Position numbers and translations under genes: made by a program. The notes below the pieces were generated by a model that was not told the DNA's origin, did not search any database, and saw nothing but the letters and a program-made list of their open reading frames with translations. A stretch of DNA of 50,797 bases, counting the filler, from Sphacelaria rigidula (lineage: Eukaryota), in NCBI GenBank assembly GCA_964200075.2. It is 3 parts of 3 records of this genome, joined end to end, with 100 filler letters (N's around TTAATTAATTAA, not from the genome) between each part and the next. Parts side by side here need not be neighbours in the genome. Positions count along the whole stretch, not along the records: positions 1 to 16,870 come from CAXNAA020001231.1; positions 16,971 to 33,839 come from CAXNAA020001232.1; 1 more part is not named here. One strand, given 5' to 3'. The number at the start of each line of letters is the position of its first letter. Within the stretch, counting starts at the first letter, position 1. This document shows positions 11,301-22,305 of the stretch, piece after piece.

Positions 11301-14300
11301 AGAGATTTTCACCGACACTTTTGATCCTGTTTGCCATCGGGCTCCTCAAACTGAACCGCTGTCCATGATGTTGCTATGTTTTGTTCAACCATGAGCTATT
11401 TGTGGGTTCTACCGTCACCTCAGCGTGTTACTTTACGAAAAAAAGACAGTTGCTTTTGATGAAGGTGAAGTAATAGACAATGATATTGGTGGCGGTACAT
11501 GGTGCCATGCACACCGTCAAGCCGGGTACGGTGAAAGTACAAGAAAAAAGAGAGTGCAGGTGAGTTACGTGTAAATGCTGGTTATATTTTTTCCCCCAAC
11601 GTCACATCAATTGAATAGTCGTTTCACGTCGAACGTTTCTCATTGTTTTGGACCAAACAAGCACTCGCGAGTGTCACCGGAATCTTCTGATGTCATCAGA
11701 TATACGTAAACAAGTTACGCTCATTCTTTTTTATCCTGCACGCGCGCGTATAAATATGGCACGTTGACATCGGGACGCAATCGGAATACGCCACCGGAAT
11801 CAGAAGTATACCCTCTCTTTTTTGTGTTCTATTCTCTTCGCAAGTGTTCATTTCCGGGCGCAAGACTTGAACCCAGAAAAAACTTGGAAACTTCGCGGCG
11901 GGCAAGTTTCTTGAAGAAGAGAAAATGGTTTCGAACAAAAAAGCTTGAATCCTAGATGCACTTCTATGGAACGACGTCGACGAACTGAAATATAAATACG
12001 CACACACATGAAATATATTAATGTAAATATGGATCCCTGCCAAATTTTGCCATCACTTTTTTTCTTTCCTTGTTGGAACAAAGGTGAACTATTCGGTTTC
12101 CCGGGGGTACCACCTTACCATCCCTGCTGGGGTGGAAAACCTACCAGCAGGGCTGCTACAGGCCGTTCAAAACGTCAAGACCATCACATGCACGACTGAA
12201 GAGGTGAGGGTACCCGTTAGCATCACCACTCGCAGCCGAAGGGAGGAAAGCACCAGGTGCGTTAAGAATTTTTGTGGAGTTTGTCACTACTGATGGGGGC
12301 GATAACATGAAAAGACCAGCCCCCAGTTTACCTGAATAAGGTACAATTCCCCGAATAAGGTGTAAACATAGCTCGGTATTTCATACGGAAACACCGCTTC
12401 AGCGCGAGCCCTCGAGAAAAATATTTCAACGTTTCATCTTCGGGTGGTGTGGCCAGCGCGCACTTGACGAAGAAATCGAGATTGGGGTTTCTCATGGCCC
12501 TGGCTGATATATTCCGTAACCCGCGGGCAAGTTCGTTAGATGTGCGTATTTGTGTGCGTGCGTTTATGTTTTGTCCTCAGTCAACCTTGTAAGGGCGAAT
12601 CGCTATACTGCGTGTAGTGAGGTGCATATGCGGGAAATGTGTGAGTTTGCTCCGCGGGAAGGTACACAATCTTTTGTGCCAGCTCTTGTTTTAGACCCGG
12701 AGTTAGCTTGCTGTATTTTCCAATCATTAAATTATATTCTCTCTCGTGGATACATCCTGCTTGATCTTGGGAGCCGAAATCTCACGCAAATATTCGCACC
12801 TTGCGTACGTTTGGGCTTACCGGAGATTATGGGCGGTTTTGCAAACGAAGTATTGTACGTATGATACTGTATCTAGACCCAAGGCACCGCAAGCAGCACC
12901 CACCCCAGTCCCGCAAACAGTAGACGTGGAGATCCGAAATAGAGAAAAGGATCCTGTGCCTCATGTGCTTGAGCGTGTGCTACACGTTTGTGCGGTTCCT
13001 TTCGTCATGGGAAAGTGATAAAGAGGGTTGCTCCTATACTCCAGCGATGGCGGTTTATGGATGTACATCCAACGAAACAGCATGGGCACGGTTTGATTGG
13101 TACTCGATACGATGACAAAATTGTCAGGGACGTCGCTCACCTCGAAAATTGCCGTGAGTTGTTCTTTACATCGCGGCAGTGAAAGAATTGGAATTATTTT
13201 CAATTCGACCTTTCGCGCTACCTTCTTCATTTCTTTTGCTTCTTCAGAGGACAGGTAGTTAAACCACACCATAAATTCTCCATGAAAAGACCAATTGGTA
13301 CAGCGCCCCGGTGGTGTAGCCGGTACTGTACATGTTACAACCGCTCAAGATGGAGTAGGAGATCCGATTCCCCAGCAGGTACAATTCTACATACTATACG
13401 ACGGAGTACTTACATCTCAGGAGCATTTCTTTTCCGTCGTTGAATAGCGCGAGGGCTTGAGCAGCAAACACTGTTTTGATGGAAGTCGACGCTGTGCGGG
13501 CGTGCTGATTCCATTCGCGATGGCAAGATGGCGGGAATGTACTGGAGGAAGGATCCGTTGAAAACTACGGACTCGTCCCGAGAAGAGAGGGGAAGGGCTT
13601 GCAGTATGGCAAAAAACGGGAAACGAGTGACCAAATCAATGAACATATTCGCGTCACGATAATATAACGCTCCTGTTGTTCCCAACCAGTATGGTAGCGC
13701 CGTACATCTGAAGCACCACCGACGCTGGAGAGTAAAATACACTTGTCGGGCTCGCGACAGTAAAACTGAACTTGACCCGATTGTCACCGCGTTGTGTGGT
13801 AGCCTCGGGCATCAGGCTGCTGATAATCCTACTAGGTGATGATCTTTTTCGGAACTGCCTACCATGCTGTTTCGAAGCAAGTCTGTCCAACCTCCAGAGC
13901 ACATCAGTCGTTCCTGTCGGAAGTTTTCAATATATTTTCCTTTCGTAACTTTGCTTGAGAGCCTAGCTATTGCTACCAACCGTAGCCGTGGCTGCCTAGC
14001 ATTCGCATGATAGAACCGACAGTAAAACTGCCGCAGTAACGTTCAGCTGAAATTCCGCCTTTTTTTTTGTAGACTTCACACATACATCGGTTGACACGCA
14101 GCGTACGAGTTTATCGATTTTCTCAATAAAAAAAAAGTTGGGTAAACTACGGGCTCTGCGTACCGGAAACGATAGCACAAACGTTTAATTGGACGTCGTC
14201 AACCGGACATGACTAGAGATCATTGAATTCTTCTCTTTTGTAACAAGCGAGGAACCGAAACAGAAAAAAAAACAACACTATGCTGCCTTACAAGACTGCT

Positions 14301-16759
14301 CGTAGCGCCGAGAATCGGTCAGAGAATTCACCCGTTCAGAGATTTTTCGAAGCAAAAGTCCGCACGCGTCCGCACGAAAGTTTGAATGCTTCTCGATTGG
14401 CGTTGTGAACAAACACGCCGTCGGAGAGATGAACTAATGAGGTACACGGCCGCCCTTTTTCTTTTCGTTTGTGTTTTGTCGCTTATCTTCCAAAAAACTT
14501 CTTGCGTTGCATCGTGGTTGACACCCTTTTTTCTTTTCCTTCGTGCGCGTGTCATCGCGCTGTTACATGCATGCCATCAGGTTGCTTCCCTATCCGAACG
14601 TGCGAGTGAAGCCGTCCGCAGCGCCCTTCTCATCACCCACCGTATCGTGCAGGACCTGGCCGAGGACATCAGGGCGGAGGGACTGGACGCCCTGTTTGCG
14701 GTGAGGCAGAGGATGACAAAGATCTATCCATCGTACAGTACAGCCTCCACGGTCTATCTAAAACCAGGGCGGGGTGTACTCATGCTCATGCATGCCATAG
14801 TCATCAGACCATTGACCTCGCATCCCTACAAAGCCGGGACGGAGCACGCCGTCTACAACCAGGGGACGGCGGAAGATTGCAAATTTAAATCTCGGCAGAT
14901 TTGTTTTGGTTTCAAGGTGAGCAGTATCCGATTCCCGCCGTGATAAACCTGACGATGTGAGTAGCATCGGTAGTTCGCTTGAAGAGGGTCGATGCGGTGG
15001 TGCACTGCGGATCCAATCCGCGATAAAGCAAAATGTGAAGCTTGTACGGGGAAGAATTGGGTTCGCTTGTCCCTTGAGACCACGGACTCGCACCGGGGGA
15101 GGAAGGAGAGGTATCGGAGGTGAGACGAGGAGAGAAAATATAAATTTTGTATGTTTTCGCCACAAAACTCTTCATCGATGGGATCGCGTTCTCTCTGTGT
15201 GCCACGCGTGAAACGCCGAGAACCCAATAATACAGAATTTCATATGTCGTGAGTGTGGCAACATTGACGTATGTTTTGTCGACTGTCCTGGTTAACCCGC
15301 GATGGTGCAACAGCTCTTGAACCTCTTCAGTGCCTAGGTCGGTACCTGCACGCCAGTGGGACGGGCGTTTTGGGGGGAGTTCAGAATGCATGCACAGCTG
15401 CTTGTGAATGAAGAGGACCGCTGCACACGGAACGCCGTTGCTGCTCGTATACCACCTGCGATAGTTCTTCGTGCAAGAGTCACGACCAGCCCTGATTAGG
15501 CCATCGCAGTACAGTACAGTGCAGTGTAGAACAGTAAAAACGGTAACGGTGATGCCCAAATCGCAGTCTACGTGATCATATACCCTAAACGGGTTCACTT
15601 GAAACGAAAGTCAGGTTGTGGGGCTCTTGGACTCCTATACCTGTACAGCCTTTGAAACATGACGCACCTTGAGATACGGGGGTGATCCTGCCGGGGCAGG
15701 GTTCCCTTGGAACCAGAGTCGGTACTTGCGGGCGGCCGTCTCGATATGTTGGTATTCGGTAATCTCGAACACAGCTCTATACAGAAGAGCTCGGTATTGT
15801 CGATTGGTGCTGAGGATAAAAACCTCAGCCGATGCTTACAACTGTCGACTTCCTTCACAACAAGGTTGTTGCGCAGGTCTCAGAGGCTTTGTCACTCAGA
15901 GCTGCCACGACCATTCTTGTGTTAGGTGGAGAGGCAGCCAGCAGCATTAACCGCGTGCTTTCATCCAGTTGTGTAAATGAAAACCGTGGTCGGTGGAGTC
16001 AAGAAATGTTGAAAGCGAAAGGTGTCAAGACAACAGCAGTAAAGCCAACTCATCTGAATACTGCAGCCAAACGAAAGTGTCAGTATCCGGTAGTGGTGTC
16101 CACGGACTCTCGAACCCATTTTTCGCAAGATGTGCTGGATGCCAGAGCAATTGTTTGGCATGCGCTTGGTGGTGTTTACAGAAAAAAAACCCAGAGAAAT
16201 CGAAATAGGAAGGCACCACTCGTCATTCGAGAGGCCCACCCAGGTGTGCACGTGATTCTGAAAAATTCAGCAAATTTCGTAATCGTAGAGTTTTGCTATT
16301 GGATAGAATTTCGCGGGGGTTCAGGAAAATGTGTACTGGGCAAGACACAATCCCCACGTAGACACAGGGGAGTCTGCAACGCCTACCTTAGTGTGCGCGT
16401 CTAACATCGTATACCGTACTACGTATTGTTGATCATTTCCTGTTTTCAGATGGTTGCCTCTTGTCGCGTGTGCAGGCATTCGTCAGGGTAGTTTCACAAC
16501 GGCGTCGTCGGGTATGTCTTCAATGGACGTCGGCGTATATAATCCGAAACCGCTATAATGTTGCCTATCGGCAGGCGACCGAATCCGTGGCACTGCTGGA
16601 CATGCTCTTCGGATTCGCGGATCTGGTGACAGTGTCTCCGCTTAATTTCTGCCGACCCACGGTTACCACACACGGTCCCATGACTATCCGAGGTGGGCGG
16701 CATCCGATCGTCGGCGCTGTACAAGAGTGCAAGTTTGTCCCGAACGACACCTACATGAG
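3591..16759 (+). CDS. MSH4: MutS homolog 4 (meiotic MutS-gamma subunit), partial: six internal exons, with 5' exons and the ATPase-domain exons outside this contig
   Basis: Exons 3591-3687, 6201-6434, 8858-8986, 12084-12203, 14581-14700 and 16575-16759 all have AG/GT boundaries and compatible phases. The spliced peptide is QVTPVTAGRGIATLIGLRHALRLMGPLAGALE / ...LLLAMLDNFRDQTLQKLLEKLDSIVTESTVYTRNSAAMRHQ / ECFAVRPDVDGMLDVSRKTF... / VNYSVSRGYHLTIP... / ...ESVALLDMLFGFA...FCRPTVT...IRGGRHPIV...FVPNDTY. It matches the MSH4 QxC(Y/F)AVxxxxxGxLDVxR motif and the MutS LD..RP..GRHP..FVPND run that precedes Walker A. Confidence 0.9.
4450..4770 (-). mobile_element. tRNA-derived SINE family B, partial copy
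   Basis: The reverse complement aligns with 21060-21340 (TGGTCCGAC.GTCGCCATTA...CGCGAGACCAAAATGCAAG...CCGGGGAGAGAT.GGTTGAT.CCTTGAGA) and has a B-box-like GGTTCAATTCC. Confidence 0.7.
4771..4878. repeat. (TA)n microsatellite with a duplicated unit of about 35-40 bp
   Basis: (TA)n runs separated by repeated acaaac..acacattt(at)n gtgtatgt units. Confidence 0.85.
5167..5479. mobile_element. Fold-back MITE with CAGTG/TAGTG (hAT-like) termini
   Basis: The left arm CAGTGCTTTCCCTGACCTGAAGTCATGAC...GGATGACCTCATG pairs with the right arm CATGAGGTCGTCC...AGGTCAGGGAAATGCACTA. An inner inverted pair is GGGGTTT.CCGTCTTCCGTTCCCCC / GGGGGAACGGAAGACGGGAAACCCC. No clear TSD. Confidence 0.75.
7250..7602 (+). 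mobile_element. LINE 3'-end fragment (same family as 765-3405)
   Basis: GAGGAAGTAGATGCACCGAA..CCC.TGTGGCAA...GAGCGCCCAAATGTTG.AGGTGTCTC...CTCGAAAGGGATGC.TGGTCA matches 1745-1840 plus 3280-3365. Confidence 0.8.
7996..8340 (-). mobile_element. tRNA-derived SINE family A copy
   Basis: The reverse complement aligns along its length with 28945-29309, including GGCTCAGT at the head and the GTGTGACCCCGGCTGGTGCGCCCAC..ACCGAAAGGT..(AC)n tail. Confidence 0.85.
8362..8393. repeat. (GTT)n microsatellite
   Basis: About ten GTT units between the SINE head and the LINE 3' end. Confidence 0.9.
8400..8830 (-). mobile_element. LINE 3'-end fragment (same family)
   Basis: The minus frame MKTYLHGAVDHAKMLKLRFQEGDLDLPRRGKRYTRSRKKEEVHAQNYPCGKATESRTHIV is homologous to 1625-1830. 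Confidence 0.85.
9777..11155. mobile_element. Non-autonomous TIR transposon (hAT- or P-like, 8-bp TSD) with two 42-bp minisatellite arrays
   Basis: TIRs CACATGTCGGACAACTCA and TGAGTTGTCCGACGTGTG match 17/18, with perfect TSD GAATGTTT at 9769-9776 and 11156-11163. The 42-bp unit AACTCACCCGGCCAGAATGTGCACCGCTGAGTTATAGTTTAT is arrayed at about 9819-10140 and 10835-11100. Confidence 0.9.
13303..13390 (+). mobile_element. Degenerate tRNA-like SINE head
   Basis: GCGCCCCGGTGGTGTAGCCGG (A-box-like) ... GATCCGATTCCCC (B-box-like), similar to the other SINE heads here. Confidence 0.45.
14768..14855 (-). repeat. Dispersed repeat related to the LINE 3' terminus
   Basis: GGGGTGTACTCATG..GCATGCCATA.TCAT..GACCATTGACCTCGCATCCCTACAAAGC.GGGACGGAGCACGCCG is shared with 49220-49305 and resembles the reverse complement of the LINE end at 16821-16870. 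Confidence 0.7.
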
Positions 16760-16810
16760 GTGCGCAAGCGATTCCGTGTTACTTGGTTAGTGTGGGGGAG
16801 GGAGGGGGCG

Positions 16811-16870
16811 GGGGGGGGGGGCGTACTCATTTGTTGCTTGCCTTAGTCGTTTGACTATTGACCACGCATC
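16811..16870 (-). mobile_element. LINE 3' terminus with poly(C) run, at the contig end
   Basis: (G)n-CGTACTCATTTGTTGCTTGCCTTAGTCGTTTGACTATTGACCACGCATC is the reverse complement of the 3350-3400 segment. Confidence 0.8.
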
Positions 16871-16970
16871 NNNNNNNNNNNNNNNNNNNNNNNNNNNNNN
16901 NNNNNNNNNNNNNNTTAATTAATTAANNNNNNNNNNNNNNNNNNNNNNNNNNNNNNNNNNNNNNNNNNNN
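16871..16970. other. Artificial contig-joining spacer
   Basis: Exactly N44 + TTAATTAATTAA (stops in all six frames) + N44 = 100 nt. Confidence 0.97.
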
Positions 16971-18619
16971 ATGTTGCCAATATGAGGCGCCTCATGCAGC
17001 CTGAACCCAAACATCAGGCGCTGTATGGCCATTTTTTTCGTGACACTTTTGGGCTGGTTTTGGGGGGGGGGGGGTATCGTAGAAAGTGTCGGATGCAGCT
17101 GGTGTTCCTTCTGTTTCGGGTTCTTCCTAGAGCTAGGGAAGAGGCGGTGCAACCAGAAGATGAAAGGGCGATATGGGTTCGATCAGCCGCACCGTGCGTG
17201 ATGATGGACGATCGCCCGTTGACCACCGGTCTGGTTTCCCCCCAAAAATCCCTGGTGAAGATGGCAAGTCCGAGGAGGATTCAGGATCTGATGACGACGT
17301 GGAACCCAATCACTGTCGATTTAACGGTTTGGATCGGCTGTGTCATTCAATGAGCAGTATGTACCTCGTACTTAGCATGTCACGTACCCAGTGATGACAA
17401 TATTGATGGAGATATCGTTATGGTAATGACGACCAAGAGTATCACCTCGTGAGAGATCGATGGGGAAATCTCCTCACCGTCGAGGGTCGGTCAGTCACGA
17501 TTTGCCATACCGGCACAAGCCTTGGTGTCTGGTGTACACAGTGACGGCGATTCGCTGTGCGCCCTTTAATCGTCACCCGGCGGTATAGCGGTGCTGTGCA
17601 CGAGGCTGCAACGCAGAAGGCAATCCGCGGTACTGAATGCATGGCGTGCGCTTATCCGTGCGACCCTCCTGCTTGTGCGCTACACCGTATATTGTGCCCA
17701 CTCGTCGTGCCCTCCTCGACAACTAAGGCCCATCATTATCGACACTACTTTTTCGGAGATCTCTGAGTTTTTCAGACATGTCGGCCTCTGCGTTCGAGCT
17801 TCTCCAACAATGAAGCAGCGTGATTTTCTCCCCAAACCTCTATTATTGGAAAATTATGACTATTTAGGACTGCAATCCAGCAATTTGGACAGTTGCCCTG
17901 TTTGTACGCCGTGACGCTCACAAACTTGTGACTATCATTTATGTCCGACATTGTCGGTAATCTCCGAAAAACCAGGGTCGATGATAAAGGACCTGATTCC
18001 AGGCTTCAAATTCGGGATGGCAAAACACGTCGGTAGTACTTCTATTGAAGATCCACACCACGAAAGTATACAGTTTTTCCCCTGAGGGAGGGATACACAG
18101 GAAACACGATATGTACTGTTCCTTCAAAGCCTAATGCAACCAGAGCATAATGCTAGCTAATCTCGCTTTTTTTCAGGAACGTGGGCTACATGCACCCAAT
18201 GCCACCGTAGTTACGCTGGCTATGCCCTCGTCGCGTGCTCCTCACGCTTTGATGCATCACCACGAAATACTAATGTTTATTATGCGTCACGTATACTTGC
18301 TGCCCTTTCCTCTTGCCCAACACTCTTTTCCTCACCATGGAAAATATATACTGGCTAGATAACGCACAACTGCGCAAGGCCTGGGACTGTGCGGTCTTAA
18401 TGGCAAATAAATACGATCTTTATGGAACATGCAGCAGAACATGATTCTGGAGGCATGACTATTTTTGTGCCTTCCTTCGAGACTAAACAAGTAGCGCAGC
18501 ACATTGATTGCCTTAACTCTTGGACCGCGAGGGTAGCCCATCTGAATCTTGCAAATTTTTCTCAAGTGAAATTGATGCCTATTCAACAGATGACCCACTC
18601 TCGCCGTCTGAGGGTTAAA

Positions 18620-18940
18620 TCACGTTTTCGTGACGAAAAGATTGGGAGTACAATAGAATGTTGATTGAGAGTGGGTTTTATTACTCGCTTCAACGTGGCC
18701 CGTGTTCGTTCTGTGTAAGCTTTTCTTTGCTTGCGACACTGGCGTGTGCTTACAGCTACATGTCGATATCCTACTCAGCGATATCAAGGGCTTCGGTGGC
18801 AAGCTGCTATAGAAAAAAGCGTATCGGGCCTCGTGGAGGGTCATTTCGGAACTGAAACGATCTATTCTTATCCATCAATTGACCGCTTCTCCCTCTCAAT
18901 CATAATATCCTCTACCCTCAATCTCACGAAAATACTGCTC
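18620..18940 (+). mobile_element. MITE copy (family with GTTTTCGTGAGATTGAG termini)
   Basis: Aligns with 20265-20378 plus 20714-20911; partial copies lie at 35308-35460 and 50676-50797. Confidence 0.75.
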
Positions 18941-19794
18941 TCATTATGAAGCAGCCAATGCACTAGACCTACAGAGGGCGCCCGCTACTGAGAGATAAGT
19001 TACAAAGAAATGAAGCTTCATTATTGTTTGAAAAAATGAAAAACATCGAAATCTATCACAAGAACAACGAGCATGCCCATTTTTGCCACGAGCAGGCAGT
19101 ATAAGAAGCAAGATGGTGGTATTGCTGCTCCACCAGACATACTTCCGATACCATATCATCGCTGGGTTCTACAGTAAGAAAAAGGGAGAGGGAAATTTGT
19201 GCTGGTGATGAACTTCCGCCAAATAAGAAACAGGCACATAAATACGAAAACATCTCTGGTAGCGCAAGGGTCTGCCGAGAGAACATTTCGGGACACGTAG
19301 GCCCCAAGATCGAAAATTCGAGTTCTTTTTTGGGGGGGACCCAGTCTGTTGCCCCCTAGTTTATTGCCGAGGCGTTGGCGGATGGGGTCAGCTGCCGTAT
19401 TCAGAGATCCTTGGCATGGAGACCGCTGAGATGACGCGGACACACCGCCCCTCCAAGCTCATCACCTACCGTGGTTACATTTGTGGGATCATGTTCCGTG
19501 TCGTGTGCCTGGACTACCTACCACTAGTTCGGGAAAATTTGGCGAGACGTGAGATAATGTTGCTACTTCGGCTACAGGCTGTCGCTACCTTGCGCTCGTG
19601 TATCATTGTACAAAGATGTGTGTGTACGTTGCCGGCATCCGAGGTCATCGGGACAGGGCGGGCAAGGAACAGAAGCAAATATACAAACCTCGCAAAGCCC
19701 GCCAAATTTTTCGGTTTTTGTCAGTGTTTGTTGATCAACTTCTTTCAACAATAATATATATTTAGAAGTCATGACAATTTTCGAAAAATTGCCC

Positions 19795-20036
19795 TCCCGG
19801 AGGAGGGGGGGGGGGGGGGTCCGTGTCCGAAAATCTTCTCTCGACAGACCCTCACGGGTGGGGGGGGAAATGTTNNNNNNNNNNTTTTTATAATCAATCA
19901 TTAACAAAAATAATTTTTATGTAAAATACAGCATCTTTTAAGAAAGCGCGCGCGGGGGGGGGGGGGGGGGGGGGGGGGAGGTCCGTGTCCGAAAATCTTC
20001 TCTCGACAGACCCTCACGGGTGGCGGGGAAAATGTT
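19795..20036. other. Scaffold gap (10 N) flanked by a duplicated poly-G segment, probable assembly artefact
   Basis: (G)n-TCCGTGTCCGAAAATCTTCTCTCGACAGACCCTCACGGGTGG..AAATGTT occurs on both sides of the Ns at 19875-19884. Confidence 0.75.
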
Positions 20037-20264
20037 GAAAGGCGTTAAGCCTCTGGCCAATTCACGTTATGAGTACATATTGTAGCGGGCGCCTTCTGTA
20101 CAGTGTGTCACTTCCAGCCCTGAGGCTCTCTACTGTGTTGTACGCTTCTCATCTCATTCATTCCCACCGCGAAATCGCATCGCGCGAGATCTTCGAAGTC
20201 AACGATGTGTCAGCTCTTGCGGCGCACTCGTGACTATGCTGTATCCACACCTCATGCCAAATCC

Positions 20265-20911
20265 AACAACGTTTTCGTGAGATTGAGAGTAGAGCGCCGA
20301 TGGAGAGTGGTTTTGATCATTCGCTTTAGCTTGGCCACTTTCTCATTCCGCGTGGTGGTGTGCTTTTCTTTGCCTCCACACAGGCGGCCATTTGGCTACC
20401 CCCCAAATTCCTCTAGCTGGGTAAACTTTTCGAGCCTCCAGAAGAATTAAACGCCTCCAGAGGAGTGCACGGCCCTCCAGAGGATATTTTTTCCCCCCCT
20501 CCAGATGCATTAAACAACCCCGGAGGCTTGTTTTTGCGTCTGGAGGGCCGTGCATACCCCCAAATTCCTCCGGACCGGTGCGCGGTCCTCCAGGTCGGTA
20601 GTGATTGGTTTCCTCCAGAGGGATTGAAGGCCTCCGGAGGCTTGTTTTTTGCCTGTGGAGGGCCCCGCATTCCTCCGGAGGCATTTTGGGGGGTAGCCAA
20701 ATGGCCGCGTGTGCATCAATGGCGTATGCTTACAGCTACACGTCGATATCCTCCTCAAAACTATCAAGGGCCTCAGTGGCAAGCTACTACAGAAAGCATA
20801 TCGGGCCTCGTGGAGGAGCATTTCGAAACTGAAACGATTCATTCACCAATTAATTGACCGCTTTTCACCCTCAATCGTATCATCTACTCTCAATCTCACG
20901 AGAACATTGTT
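20265..20911 (+). mobile_element. MITE with long TIRs carrying a nested element
   Basis: TIRs AACAACGTTTTCGTGAGATTGAGAGTAG and CTACTCTCAATCTCACGAGAACATTGTT, flanked by ATCC and ATCA (possible 4-bp TSD). Confidence 0.8.
20379..20713. mobile_element. Nested MITE with CAC...GTG termini and 2-bp CA TSD (CMC/EnSpm-like)
   Basis: TIRs CACA.GCGGCCATTTGGCTACCCCCCAAA and TTTGGGGGGTAGCCAAATGGCCGCGTGTG, with CA on both sides. The empty site is visible in sibling copies near 18725 and 50775. Internal CCTCC(A/G)GA(G)G motifs are repeated. Confidence 0.8.
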
Positions 20912-21040
20912 ATCAGTGGATACAAGGTATTACGAACCTTATACTACGGTAATCGAGTCACACTTCATACACCACTCCGAATCATAATGCGGTGTTATAC
21001 GATGTGAACGGCATGTTTCCACAGAGAGGGGGGTATAAGG

Positions 21041-21603
21041 CGCGCCCCGCGGTGGTACAGTGGTCCGACTGTCGCCATTATTAGGTAGGGTGTAGAGAAA
21101 GAGGTTTCGAGACCCAATGCGTTGGGTATTTTCTTCCTAGTGTGCGCTGTGAAAAGCGTGAGAACGTGAGTAAACAAAAGTGGTCGACTGAGTTTGTTTG
21201 AGGTGAATTGACGCAGTGCGGGAGTGCTGATCCAACCCGCGAGACCAAAATGCAAGACTTGTACCGGGGAGAGATCGGTTGATTCCTTGAGACGACGGAC
21301 TCGTTACGAGGAAGGGGAGAGGTTCAAAGTGTGACAAAAAAAGGTGACTCAGACAATATCGTGTAGCGGCTACTGTACATTCGACTGCACGGTCCACAAG
21401 GAAAAGGGACCGCTGAACCTCTCTCGTGATAAAAAAATAAGGTAAGCACCGCAGAAGCAAGGTGGGGAACCGAAACAAACAAAAAATAAACATCTTTTGT
21501 GTCGGTCTTACTTTTGTGTGACCCCGGCTGGTGCGCCCACACACACCGAAAGGTGTAGACCGGCCTCCAGAATAGATATGACGACAGCACACAGAACACA
21601 CAC
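21041..21603 (+). mobile_element. tRNA-derived SINE family B, full length, sharing its 3' half with family A
   Basis: The head has TGGTACAGTGG (A-box-like) and GGTTTCGAGACC (B-box-like). The middle is shared with 4450-4770. From about 21350 it aligns with family A and ends in an (AC)-rich tail. Confidence 0.8.
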
Positions 21604-22154
21604 TGTACAGTACTATTCCGTATATAAACTGCACAACAGGATCTTGTAACAGAACGCGCACTACAGTGCTCTGAGCCAACGTGAAAGCGGAGACAGTCAC
21701 ATTTTCTTACAAATGAATATCGCACAGCAGTATCTCGAGTGGAAACGTCCCCGATGCGGATGGGGCATTCCGACGACATTTGCCGATACGGGATACTTGT
21801 GCGCACAATCCCAGCGCACAGGGGGCAGCGTAGCGTGACCAGTTCTTGGCCGATAAGGTTCTCTGCCTGCTGCCCCTGACCTGATACTGTTGTATTGACT
21901 TTTTGATACGGACAGTTCGATGTACAGTTGTTGTTGTACAGACAACATATATGGCAGAACTTATCCATAATCAGTTCGAGCGCTGGGTTGTGTAGAATAG
22001 AGTTCAACATGCTCAATGGCATGGGTGCACATGCTAAACATAGTGCATTGCTGGATACTCCGTGATGACTTACACCATCGACTCTACTAAAGGATACTGT
22101 AACTCTGCCAAGTCTCTCTTCTGGAGGGTGATAAATCACGTGACATACATCAGA

Positions 22155-22305
22155 ACTGAGATCAAAGGGTATGACATACAAACCAGGTTTGTATGTCATG
22201 CCCTTTGACTGAGACAAAACCCTAACCCTCACCCTAACCCTTTGACTGAGACAAAGGGTATGGCATACAGAGCTTGGCTTGCATGTCATATCCTTTGGAC
22301 TGAGA
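22155..22305. repeat. Modular hairpin / telomeric-repeat element punctuated by four ACTGAGA copies
   Basis: ACTGAGA at 22155, 22208, 22245 and 22299 separates hairpin 1, a CCCTAA-type tract, and hairpin 2. Confidence 0.8.

Noticed and set aside
15310-15380. Histone H3-like RYRP(G)T snippet on the minus strand
   Set aside because: Only about 20 nt of resemblance, it needs a frameshift, and the flanks do not match H3.
16915-16926. TTAATTAATTAA as a regulatory or piggyBac site
   Set aside because: It is centred in N runs and repeated identically at 33884, so it is a synthetic six-frame stop linker.
19795-20036. Tandem duplication as a biological repeat
   Set aside because: The copies flank a 10-N gap and poly-G runs, which is typical of unmerged contig overlap.
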